Below, piece by piece: positions 7,330 through 14,811 of a stretch of 32,000 bases of DNA. Position 1 is the first letter of the stretch; every line of letters begins with the position of its first letter. A program made the position numbers and the translations under genes. The DNA is taken from contig NZ_CP042905.2 in assembly GCF_008000775.2 (NCBI RefSeq), positions 870,001 to 902,000 on the forward strand. The letters run 5' to 3'. Under the pieces are notes generated by a model, which did not search any database, had not been told where the DNA came from, and saw only the letters and a list, made by a program, of their open reading frames with translations. This DNA comes from Promethearchaeum syntrophicum (lineage in GTDB: Archaea > Asgardarchaeota > Lokiarchaeia > Sigyniarchaeales > Promethearchaeaceae).

Positions 7330-8940
7330 TTAAAATGCCTGACGATGAACGAAAATCGAACGTAGGCCGAAATATTTAACAACCAGTCGGTAGACAGAAG
7401 AGAATAAATTATTATCCCCATTCCACGCGACTAAAACCTTTTCATATTTTTCTTCAAATTCCTTCAAAAATTCTATCATTTGATTACGCAGAGTGGTCAA
7501 TTCGTATTCGGTCATAACCGCCAAAGTAGCATACTTGCCTTTTTCTAGCATGATGCAATAATCTTTTTGCTTTATGGTTTTTAAGGTCGAGCGGGAGGTA
7601 ATTGCTTCTGTAATTGACATAACTCCATTCAGAACACCGCTAGTGAGGGATAAATCTGCCTGGAATTTTTTTTTTCGGAGAACCTTTGAATAAAGTGGAA
7701 GGCCCGAATCGGAGATGACTAAAAGTAGCTCAACACTTTGTTGCCACCTTAATTCTTCTTTGGAGGGGAGTGTTTCAGGTATTTGAAAAATGATATAAGG
7801 CATGAGAAGATAGACAAAAACTTGAGAAAATAAAAAAATAATGGAATTTTCACCGATGGTGATAACTTGCATTAATAGATAATCAAACAAGATCCCAAGA
7901 CTCATCCCCGTCCCTTGAATGATGAAATTTATACCAAATTGAATCGGATAGTTCTTTTTCGGGGCTAATTCTATCGGAACAATCATAGTTGCTCCCGGAA
8001 TTAAGAATGTAAATCCAATCCCCATGATTGCAGGGGAGATATAGAGATATACATATATATTACCGATAAAAAACACCATTAATGCAATGCCAATCCCCAT
8101 TATTATGACGCCTAAACCCATAGACCAACGACGTCCAATAGAATCATATAACATTCCTGCAAAGATCGCAAAGATACTAGAACTAATGAATAAAACAATT
8201 ATATAAGTACCAAGATTTGTGAGGAATTCGTCTCCAGAAAATATTGGATCATTATCAATTATTAGGACGGCTGCAAAAAAGAGATTGGAAATTTGAAAGC
8301 CCGCAAGAAGGAGTAGGATCCAATACCGTTTTTTCATCTTTACTCCCTTTAGAAATTTTCTCCAAGATGTGGAATTTTTAGATATATGCATTTGATTGTG
8401 ACCCAAGAAATATGCAAGAAGTGCTACTGAATATAAGAAGAGAATGAAGATAATCTGTCCAAAGGTATTGGACTTAAGATAAAGGAGCACATATATCGTT
8501 ATTAGAATAAAACTAACCAAATTAGTGAGGTATTGCCATTTGCCAAGATATTGGGGGAAAATATAAACCTCTTTCGCATATCCGCTGATAATAGGAAAAA
8601 TGTGTCCTAATGAAAGTCCAGTCAAGCTGAGGAAGACAAAAATTAGCCAGGCTTGAGTTAGCAAGTGTAGACCAATATAAGATCCGATCAAAGTAGTTAG
8701 CGATACTAAAAATACAATATTTTGATCTTTTCTAGCTGAAAAAAAGATGAAAATGATGGCTCCGAGAACTACTCCCACGAAATTCACACAGATCCAGACT
8801 AAATTTAGACCGAATTCTTCTAAAATTTGAATAGCTAAGAAAAAATTTATAAAATATGAGAAAGATCCGGCAAGAATACCGGCAATTAACTTAAATCCTT
8901 TGGTTTGGAGCACTTTCCAGCTCTCCATAAGAAATGTCAT
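7330..8940 (-). CDS. MFS-type transporter fused to a C-terminal cytoplasmic Roadblock/LC7-like domain
   Basis: The first roughly 400 aa are polytopic and include MFS motif A (GMLYDSIGRRWSMGLG). The C-terminal 138 aa (about nt 7330..7746) read ELLLVISDSGLPLYS...LSLTSGVLNGVMSITEAI...LKTIKQKDYCIMLEKGKYATLAVMTEYELTTLRNQMIEFLKEF. This matches the MglB/Roadblock pattern and resembles the N-terminus of the ORF at 3779. Confidence 0.75.
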   Translation of the reverse strand: MTFLMESWKVLQTKGFKLIAGILAGSFSYFINFFLAIQILEEFGLNLVWICVNFVGVVLGAIIFIFFSARKDQNIVFLVSLTTLIGSYIGLHLLTQAWLIFVFLSLTGLSLGHIFPIISGYAKEVYIFPQYLGKWQYLTNLVSFILITIYVLLYLKSNTFGQIIFILFLYSVALLAYFLGHNQMHISKNSTSWRKFLKGVKMKKRYWILLLLAGFQISNLFFAAVLIIDNDPIFSGDEFLTNLGTYIIVLFISSSIFAIFAGMLYDSIGRRWSMGLGVIIMGIGIALMVFFIGNIYVYLYISPAIMGIGFTFLIPGATMIVPIELAPKKNYPIQFGINFIIQGTGMSLGILFDYLLMQVITIGENSIIFLFSQVFVYLLMPYIIFQIPETLPSKEELRWQQSVELLLVISDSGLPLYSKVLRKKKFQADLSLTSGVLNGVMSITEAITSRSTLKTIKQKDYCIMLEKGKYATLAVMTEYELTTLRNQMIEFLKEFEEKYEKVLVAWNGDNNLFSSVYRLVVKYFGLRSIFVHRQAF

Positions 8941-8983
8941 ATCAACCTAAATTTTATTTACACTTTTCGAGGATATAAGTTTA

Positions 8984-9583
8984 ATGGGTAAAAGGAATAA
9001 CACAAATATTATGAAAAAACGAAAACTTAAGCCGAATTATAGTTGTTTTGCCGCACCGCATCCGACTGTGGTTGCAGGAACTTTCGTCAACAATAAAGCC
9101 ACTTATACCACATTAGGAGATTTTGGGATTCTGTGTGCCTATCCTTTGCATATTTATATTGCTTCTGTCCATACCCATTATCTTAATATTGGTATAAAAG
9201 AAAATATGACTTTTAGTGTAAATATCCCAAATCCAGACAATTTGGAGAAAACTGATTATGTAGGAATTGTGTCAGGGCATAAAACAGATAAATCAAAAGT
9301 GTTTGACTACTTTGTGGGAGATTTGGAATCAGTTCCAATGATAAAAGAATTTCCAATAACCATGGAATGTGAAGTCCATGATATTAAACGAGTTGGGAGA
9401 AATGATGTGTTTATGGCGAAGGTGATCAATATTTATGCAGGAGAAGAATTCCTTGAAGATGGTGAAATCAATATGGATAAAGTAAATCCAATAACACTTT
9501 TTATGGATTTGTCTTATCGCACTATCGGAAAAACTGTTGGGATTTCATATCAAGTTGGTAGGAATTTTAAACCAAAGCCTTAA
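8984..9583 (+). CDS. Flavin reductase-like (FMN-binding split-barrel) domain protein
   Basis: Pattern PHPTVVAGTFVNNKATYTTLGDFG...NIGIKENMTFSVNIP...DYVGIVSGHKTDKSKVF is typical of flavoredoxin/flavin-reductase family proteins. The second ATG (MKKRKLK) is an alternative start. Confidence 0.7.
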   Translation: MGKRNNTNIMKKRKLKPNYSCFAAPHPTVVAGTFVNNKATYTTLGDFGILCAYPLHIYIASVHTHYLNIGIKENMTFSVNIPNPDNLEKTDYVGIVSGHKTDKSKVFDYFVGDLESVPMIKEFPITMECEVHDIKRVGRNDVFMAKVINIYAGEEFLEDGEINMDKVNPITLFMDLSYRTIGKTVGISYQVGRNFKPKP

Positions 9584-10283
9584 TTTTCTCTTTGTTTTTA
9601 AAATATTTTGATGTATAATAGCCTTGAATCCAAAAGGTAAGTATTTCAGCATACACAATCACTTTTTGCCCCACTACTTGGATAATTCTTCCTATTTCTG
9701 TCCCTGCACTGGGACCAAAGAAGAGTAAGTATAAGTAAACTACCAAAATGACTCCCATTATGATATATATGTAGGATAGTATTCGAGGAAAATCTTTTTT
9801 TTGCAGGAAGGCTGTGACATAACAGATTACTACTGGCAAGGTTAATGGAAATGCAAGGTAAACAAAAAACATGTGAGCACTTAGGGATGCTTCTGATTTG
9901 TCCCACGGTGTAAAACCAATTCCAATGTATCCAATAGCTGCAATGAAACCTAAGGTGCTTCCCAAGATGATAAGAATGTAATTGATCCTGTTAGATTTAA
10001 ATATTGAAGGAATTACTGCAAAATAAGGCATCATTAATAAGCCGCAAAATAACGTTGCCATTAAAAACAATGTAGATGAAACCATGTTGGAGTCACCAGA
10101 ATATCCCGTTATCATCCCCAAATCACTAAAAAAATTATTAATTAAAGAATATCCCGGAGAGGTAGGTTCAAACATGTATCCTCCGGCAAAGGTAAACATT
10201 GCAATAATTGTTAATATAAAGAAAAGGGAACTACCAATCACGGGTGCGAAGAGTGCCCACTGTTTCAATTTGTTTTTATCCAT
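9567..10283 (-). CDS. Integral membrane protein, DUF998-like
   Basis: Six or seven hydrophobic helices, with FFSDLG after TM1 as in DUF998 proteins. The family call is from memory and weak. Its 3' end overlaps the convergent gene 8984..9583 by 17 nt. Confidence 0.55.
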   Translation of the reverse strand: MDKNKLKQWALFAPVIGSSLFFILTIIAMFTFAGGYMFEPTSPGYSLINNFFSDLGMITGYSGDSNMVSSTLFLMATLFCGLLMMPYFAVIPSIFKSNRINYILIILGSTLGFIAAIGYIGIGFTPWDKSEASLSAHMFFVYLAFPLTLPVVICYVTAFLQKKDFPRILSYIYIIMGVILVVYLYLLFFGPSAGTEIGRIIQVVGQKVIVYAEILTFWIQGYYTSKYFKNKEKIKALV

Positions 10284-10462
10284 AAATTTTTTTTGTCAAT
10301 AGCGGTATTTAAATTATTGGCATAATTTTTCCCAGATAAAGTAGCGTTCAGAGAGCAATATTATTTCGAGTTAAGCAATCTGAAAAAAAAAACTTCAATT
10401 TTTTAACCCTTTTTAAAATCCTCTTCTAAATCGCGTATCTTTTAATTAAATTAATTGAATCA

Positions 10463-10954
10463 TCAAATGAATTTAGGAATCCATCGTGGAACTTTCTCTT
10501 TATATTCTAAAAACTCATTTCCGAATATTTCTTCTAAAATTTTCTCTTCAACCTTTACCATTTTATTATATACAAAGAAAATAATTATAAAAACACCTAT
10601 AGATATCAGAGAAATGGAGAAACATATTACTGCGACATAGATCAATAAAATCCCTAGATACATCGGATTTCTCACAAATTTGAAAATTCCTTTGGTCAAT
10701 ACTTTGGCTGGTGGTTGGTTATCCTTGAATAAGGTTTTATGGGAGATTTGGATTAAAACTAGAGCCATTAATACAAAGATTATACAGAAAATAATTCGTA
10801 GATAAAGTGGAACGACATCATTTAACTGGGTTGACCAATGTAAAACTTCTCCATCCAATATCGAGACAAGAGCAAATATGATTGGTGTTGTAATAAGGAT
10901 TAGATGAGTACGAGGTGCTTCTCGTTCTTGAGGAGACAAATTACTTTGATTCAT
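10463..10954 (-). CDS. Isoprenylcysteine carboxyl methyltransferase (ICMT)/phospholipid methyltransferase family membrane protein
   Basis: The C-terminal signature GIFKFVRNPMYLGILLIY...EEKILEEIFGNEFLEYKEKVPRWIP matches the ICMT/PEMT consensus (RxPxYxG ... EE..L...FG..Y..Y...V.R.IP). Four or five TM helices. Confidence 0.8.
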   Translation of the reverse strand: MNQSNLSPQEREAPRTHLILITTPIIFALVSILDGEVLHWSTQLNDVVPLYLRIIFCIIFVLMALVLIQISHKTLFKDNQPPAKVLTKGIFKFVRNPMYLGILLIYVAVICFSISLISIGVFIIIFFVYNKMVKVEEKILEEIFGNEFLEYKEKVPRWIPKFI

Positions 10955-11039
10955 AATATATATTATGGTTAAGCGATTTTTATTTATTTTTAGATAGTAT
11001 TAGTTTAAATATACAAAAAAGAAGTTTGATTATAATAAA

Positions 11040-11058
11040 CAGTCTTCAAGGTTATAAA
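11040..11058. repeat. Left terminal inverted repeat of the IS
   Basis: cagtcttcaaggttataaa; pairs with 12498..12516 (18/19). Confidence 0.8.
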
Positions 11059-11144
11059 CTCGACGATAAAAAACGTCCCTAAGTCTAATCTATGAAAACG
11101 ATAGAAGATATAAAGGGGAAAGGAGAATATTTATATGATAATCT

Positions 11145-12497
11145 ATGAATATTGCAAGGAGTCGTTCGATTTCCAGATCGAAAAACCTTCCTTTCCCTAA
11201 AGATATATTTCTCCTCGGAGAATTTAAATCTTTGGTTAACAGTTTGGTCACTCGATTAGGAATCGCGAAAAGATTTAAGCCCAGGCTCTATTCATATGCA
11301 GATTTTGTGTTTGTTAAATTTTATGCTTTAATAACTTCGACGCCGATAGAAAGAGCTTCGGAACGCCTTAATAACTGGTTGGTACTCCAATATTTCAATA
11401 AGTACAAGTTAAAACCAAAAAATTTTCAAGACGGAGTTCGTAAACGGCGCTTAGTACCACATCAAACCGATGTTGATAAATTTTTCAGATTGTTATCTGA
11501 AAAAGAAGTCAATATGTTGTTCGGAAATCTATTAATGAACGTTGTACTGAAGGTTAAAGCTAGATGTATCGGAGGATCAAAACTCAGATTCTTAGTTGAC
11601 AACACTGAATATGCATATTATGGCAAGCCCAACTCGCTTTTTGAAATTGGAACCAATCGAAAACCAGGAACTCGGTTCTGTCGCATGTTTCAAGGGCATG
11701 CACTTCACGGATCTGGAATGACATTGTTTACTGATTTCTATTTACTTCAAAAAGGGAAATATCGTTGTCTTAACATCCCTCATTCGGTAGAATGGATAAG
11801 GTGGTCGGGAATTAATCTTTCCTATTCTCTCATGGATAGAGAATTTTACCGCGCCGCCTTAATCAAAGATCTTAAAACCTGTAAACTTCCAGTTCTTATT
11901 CCCGCGAAGAAATATCCCGGAATTAAAAGAAAAATCAAAGATTTCTTGCTCGGAATAGGTCCATTGGTATCAGTTTATCACTTTTCACAAACCCAAAAGG
12001 TAAAACCATGGCCGAGTTCGGTTCATGTGAATTTTGTCGTTATTGGCCATAAAAATGTATTAGCAACCGAAATACGGCGCCAATTCAGACAAGGTATTTT
12101 AACGTTCGATGAAGCAATAAAACAGTTAGCAGGGTTCTTTACAACTCTCAAACCTTGGAAAAATCATTCACGATGGGCTAAATGGCTTTCACGAGCATAT
12201 AAAAAAAGATGGAATGAAGAGACGGGGTTCAGTAAGTTGAATGATATTCACAAAAGTTTCCGGAATCATTATCCGAATGTGCAATTATCTCAGCTCTATA
12301 TGAGAGCAATAATTTATAACAATTGGCAATATTTCAAAAGAGAAGCAGAAAAATCCGGAATTAGAGCTTCAAAGAGAAGTTTAGCTGTGTTTTTAGAGAC
12401 ATTAGAATGGAGAATCTATAATCTAATTGAACAATCAGTGAGTTATAATTTAAAATATTTACAGAAAAAAAGAAGGAGGTTATATTTTGAAAGTTAA
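11145..12497 (+). CDS. DDE transposase, IS4/ISH3-like (DDE_Tnp_1-type)
   Basis: Candidate catalytic triad: FLVDNTEYAYYG (D), SLMDREFYRAA (D) and YKKRWNEETGFSKLN (a Y-x2-R-x3-E type E motif). An AGGAGA SD-like motif lies upstream. The stop codon lies immediately before the right IR. Confidence 0.85.
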   Translation: MNIARSRSISRSKNLPFPKDIFLLGEFKSLVNSLVTRLGIAKRFKPRLYSYADFVFVKFYALITSTPIERASERLNNWLVLQYFNKYKLKPKNFQDGVRKRRLVPHQTDVDKFFRLLSEKEVNMLFGNLLMNVVLKVKARCIGGSKLRFLVDNTEYAYYGKPNSLFEIGTNRKPGTRFCRMFQGHALHGSGMTLFTDFYLLQKGKYRCLNIPHSVEWIRWSGINLSYSLMDREFYRAALIKDLKTCKLPVLIPAKKYPGIKRKIKDFLLGIGPLVSVYHFSQTQKVKPWPSSVHVNFVVIGHKNVLATEIRRQFRQGILTFDEAIKQLAGFFTTLKPWKNHSRWAKWLSRAYKKRWNEETGFSKLNDIHKSFRNHYPNVQLSQLYMRAIIYNNWQYFKREAEKSGIRASKRSLAVFLETLEWRIYNLIEQSVSYNLKYLQKKRRRLYFES

Positions 12498-12516
12498 TTT
12501 ATAACCTTAAAGACTG
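12498..12516. repeat. Right terminal inverted repeat of the IS
   Basis: tttataaccttaaagactg; its reverse complement matches 11040..11058 with one mismatch. Confidence 0.8.
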
Positions 12517-12550
12517 AATAAAAAAAAAATAAAATTCATAAATAGTATAT

Positions 12551-13675
12551 TTATAAAGTGGTAAAGCTCTCAACTGTTTTCTGATCTAATTTTTTGAGCA
12601 TCGCAATAACTAATTGAATAGCGCCTTCTACATCCTCTAAATCTAATAATGAATGATGACTATGAACATAGCGAGTTGCAATTCCAATAAATAAAGAAGG
12701 TACACCTGCTCCTGTGAGATGAATTGACCCTGCATCTGTGCCACCTCGATTTAAAAAGCCCATTTGCCATTTTATCCCATTTTCTTCTGCGATTTTAATA
12801 GCAAACTTTCGAAATTTGGGATTTGCCATCATTGAATTATCCATTGCATGAATGACAACTCCATCACCCATTTTTTGATCTGCATTTTTGGTTCCTGGAA
12901 CATCTCCACTAACAGTGACATCTAAAGACATCCCTATATCTGGTTGTAACAGTTGAGCAGCTGTACGCGCTCCTCGACACCCAATTTCTTCTTGAACAGT
13001 TGAAACGCTGTAGATAATATTGGGGGGATTGGATTTTTCTTCTGAAAGCCTTCGTATAATTTCTAGAGCAATAAATACACCGATTCGATCATCAAAGGCT
13101 TTAGCCACCACAAGGTGAACATCCTTTTCTTCTTCTTTCCCATTATCGTCTTTAATTAGTCGTTTGCGCTTAATACTACGATAAGTTGCATAGGGGACTG
13201 CAGGATCTCCAACTTTAATTCCTAACGCTTCAACTTCTTTCTCTGAATTACATCCAATATCCACTAAGAGTTGATCTAATGGTTTTACTTCTTTCATATC
13301 TTTAATGGCTCCAGGAAATGCTGATTGAATAATCCCAATAATATCTTCTCCCCCTTTAAATGGTCTAATCAAGATTTCTTGTCCTAATTGAACTGTAGGA
13401 AATATACCTCCAATATTTGATATTTTTAGAAATCCTTTTTTACCAATACTTGAGATTATATACCCAATTTCATCAGCATGTCCTGCCAACATGATTTTTG
13501 GACCCGACTTACCATATTTAAAAATTACAGAACCTGTTCGATCATAGAGAACATCATCTGCGAACTTTTGTCCATAGTCTCTCGTTATTTTTTGAACTTC
13601 ATTTTCGTGCCCGCTTGGACCGAAAGCATTTGTTAAGGTTTCTAAGAGTTTTAAATCCAATTTATCATCTGCCAT
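12551..13675 (-). CDS. M42 family metallopeptidase (TET/FrvX-type aminopeptidase)
   Basis: LLETLTNAFGPSGHENEV..., LAGHADEIGYII, AFDDRIGVFIALEIIRRL, STVQEEIGCRGARTAA and NRGGTDAG are the conserved M42 metal-ligand/catalytic blocks. There is a charged insertion (KRKRLIKDDNGKEEEKDVH). Confidence 0.9.
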   Translation of the reverse strand: MADDKLDLKLLETLTNAFGPSGHENEVQKITRDYGQKFADDVLYDRTGSVIFKYGKSGPKIMLAGHADEIGYIISSIGKKGFLKISNIGGIFPTVQLGQEILIRPFKGGEDIIGIIQSAFPGAIKDMKEVKPLDQLLVDIGCNSEKEVEALGIKVGDPAVPYATYRSIKRKRLIKDDNGKEEEKDVHLVVAKAFDDRIGVFIALEIIRRLSEEKSNPPNIIYSVSTVQEEIGCRGARTAAQLLQPDIGMSLDVTVSGDVPGTKNADQKMGDGVVIHAMDNSMMANPKFRKFAIKIAEENGIKWQMGFLNRGGTDAGSIHLTGAGVPSLFIGIATRYVHSHHSLLDLEDVEGAIQLVIAMLKKLDQKTVESFTTL

Positions 13676-13752
13676 AGTAATTGAAATATAATCCGTTTAG
13701 ATTTGAATTTTCTCTTTTGTTCTAATTTAGGTTTGAAAAATTATAAATAAAG

Positions 13753-13761
13753 AAAAAAAAA
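13753..13761 (-). terminator. Oligo-T (T9) terminator 3 nt downstream of the tRNA(CAU) 3' end
   Basis: The plus strand has A9 at 13753..13761, which is T9 on the tRNA strand directly after the discriminator plus CGA. Archaeal RNA polymerase terminates at oligo-T. Confidence 0.55.
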
Positions 13762-13764
13762 TCG

Positions 13765-13925
13765 TACCGGTGGTGTGGATTATCCTTTCATACCATTTTT
13801 GCTATGAAATTTGGACACACGACCTCAGGATTTCTTATTCAAGCGCAATTCTGCGAAAGATCTGACCCTTTTTTTCAGAAACTCGATTATGAGTCCTGCG
13901 CTCTAACCAACTGAGCTACACCGGC
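13765..13925 (-). tRNA. tRNA with CAU anticodon (elongator Met or Ile2), 161-nt gene interrupted twice: a 56-nt intron at 37/38 and a 31-nt insertion in the T-loop
   Basis: Folded by hand on the minus strand: GCCGGTG-TA-GCTC-AGTTGGTTA-GAGC-G-CAGGA-CTCATA|56 nt|A-TCCTG-AGGTC-GTGTG-[38 nt where 7 are expected]-CACAC-CACCGGT-A. The T-loop insertion contains a perfect hairpin, TTTCATA/TATGAAA. Oddities: a G1-U72 wobble, and any contiguous excision that keeps more than one nucleotide of the 5' flank leaves a T-loop reading TCC... rather than TTC.... Confidence 0.7.
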
Positions 13926-13947
13926 TTGGAAAATCTTTGAAATCAGA

Positions 13948-13959
13948 AATTTAAATTTC
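13948..13959 (-). promoter_or_regulatory. TATA-like box for the tRNA(CAU) gene
   Basis: aaatttaaattt lies 23-34 nt upstream of the tRNA 5' end (13925), the spacing expected for an archaeal TATA box. Confidence 0.4.
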
Positions 13960-14032
13960 CAATTATTCTATAAAGTATATCATATTTCATAAAAATTTTG
14001 GTTCAGATAAAAAATGAAGAAAGGTTTTTTTA

Positions 14033-14452
14033 TCATTTAAGTAAGCAAAGAATCTCCGAGTGCAATATCATCCATGATTTTTGTATTATACTTTTCATCC
14101 CTATTAGATTAACATTAAATTCTTGAATTGGGATAATAAGATTCGTCTTTGAACTGGATGTGGTTTCTTCTATGGGTGATAATTTTGTCTCATTTTCATC
14201 AAGAAATTCTGCTTTCCCAAAATATGAATTATATTCTATTAAACCATTTACTGTCATAGCTTTACCTAAGCCGATTCTTTCTAATCCTAACTGATTAATG
14301 GTTTTTTTATCCAATGCAAGATATCCAGAAAATCCAGTATCAAAAATGAAATACTTAATAATGGAAATATTGGTTGACGGATTAAAAACTCTAATTGGGA
14401 TTCGAAAAGTTTTTGTTTGTTTTTCAATTTTCCAAGCGATAGCAACTTCCAT
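14033..14452 (-). CDS. Clan AA retropepsin-like aspartic protease, DTGF (AF_0612-like) family
   Basis: Active-site motif FIFDTGFSGYLALD. At 139 aa the size suits a homodimeric retropepsin. Its start lies 1 nt after the upstream RHH gene's stop codon (14454..14456). Confidence 0.8.
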   Translation of the reverse strand: MEVAIAWKIEKQTKTFRIPIRVFNPSTNISIIKYFIFDTGFSGYLALDKKTINQLGLERIGLGKAMTVNGLIEYNSYFGKAEFLDENETKLSPIEETTSSSKTNLIIPIQEFNVNLIGMKSIIQKSWMILHSEILCLLK

Positions 14453-14453
14453 A

Positions 14454-14732
14454 TTAATCTACTTTAATATTTTTTAATTCTTTATTAATATCTTTGATTT
14501 TTGATCGAGAAAGAAACAAATTATCTTTGGGATCAGATTTTAAGGTTTCAAGTTCTTCTTTTGAATAAGGACCAACGATATACGGGAGAGATCCTGCAAA
14601 ATTAAAATCTAAAACGTATTTTCGGGTCGCTTCTTTTAAAAAATCACTTCTACTACTATAAAACCCTTTATGAATTATCTCATCGACTTGTTTTAATAAT
14701 TTTTTTGGTAAACGAATTTGTAATGTTTGCAT
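14454..14732 (-). CDS. CopG/ribbon-helix-helix family DNA-binding protein with a C-terminal extension
   Basis: The N-terminus MQTLQIRLPKKLLKQVDEIIHKGFYSSRSDFLKEATRKYV is a textbook RHH (strand, then helix-helix). It sits directly upstream of, and tightly abuts, the protease gene. Confidence 0.75.
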   Translation of the reverse strand: MQTLQIRLPKKLLKQVDEIIHKGFYSSRSDFLKEATRKYVLDFNFAGSLPYIVGPYSKEELETLKSDPKDNLFLSRSKIKDINKELKNIKVD

Positions 14733-14811
14733 TTTAAATTACCCCATAATTACTTACGTAATTAACTAATATAAATTTTATAAAAAAATTTTCTTTCTTC
14801 TTTATAATCAA

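Larger units (their letters stand above)
11040..12516 (+). mobile_element. Insertion sequence (1477 bp), IS4/ISH3-type, single transposase ORF, apparently intact
   Basis: The terminal inverted repeats CAGTCTTCAAGGTTATAAA (11040..11058) and the reverse complement of 12498..12516 (CAGTCTTTAAGGTTATAAA) match at 18 of 19 positions. The direct repeat AATAAA flanks both ends (11034..11039 and 12517..12522). One DDE transposase ORF fills the element. Confidence 0.8.

Noticed and set aside
10463-10954. The ICMT-family methyltransferase as a CaaX-processing partner of the Rab-like GTPase, i.e. a eukaryote-like prenyl-processing system
   Set aside because: The GTPase at 24385 ends ...ELENKNKD with no C-terminal Cys. 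ICMT/PEMT-family proteins are widespread in prokaryotes with other substrates, and the two genes are 13 kb apart.
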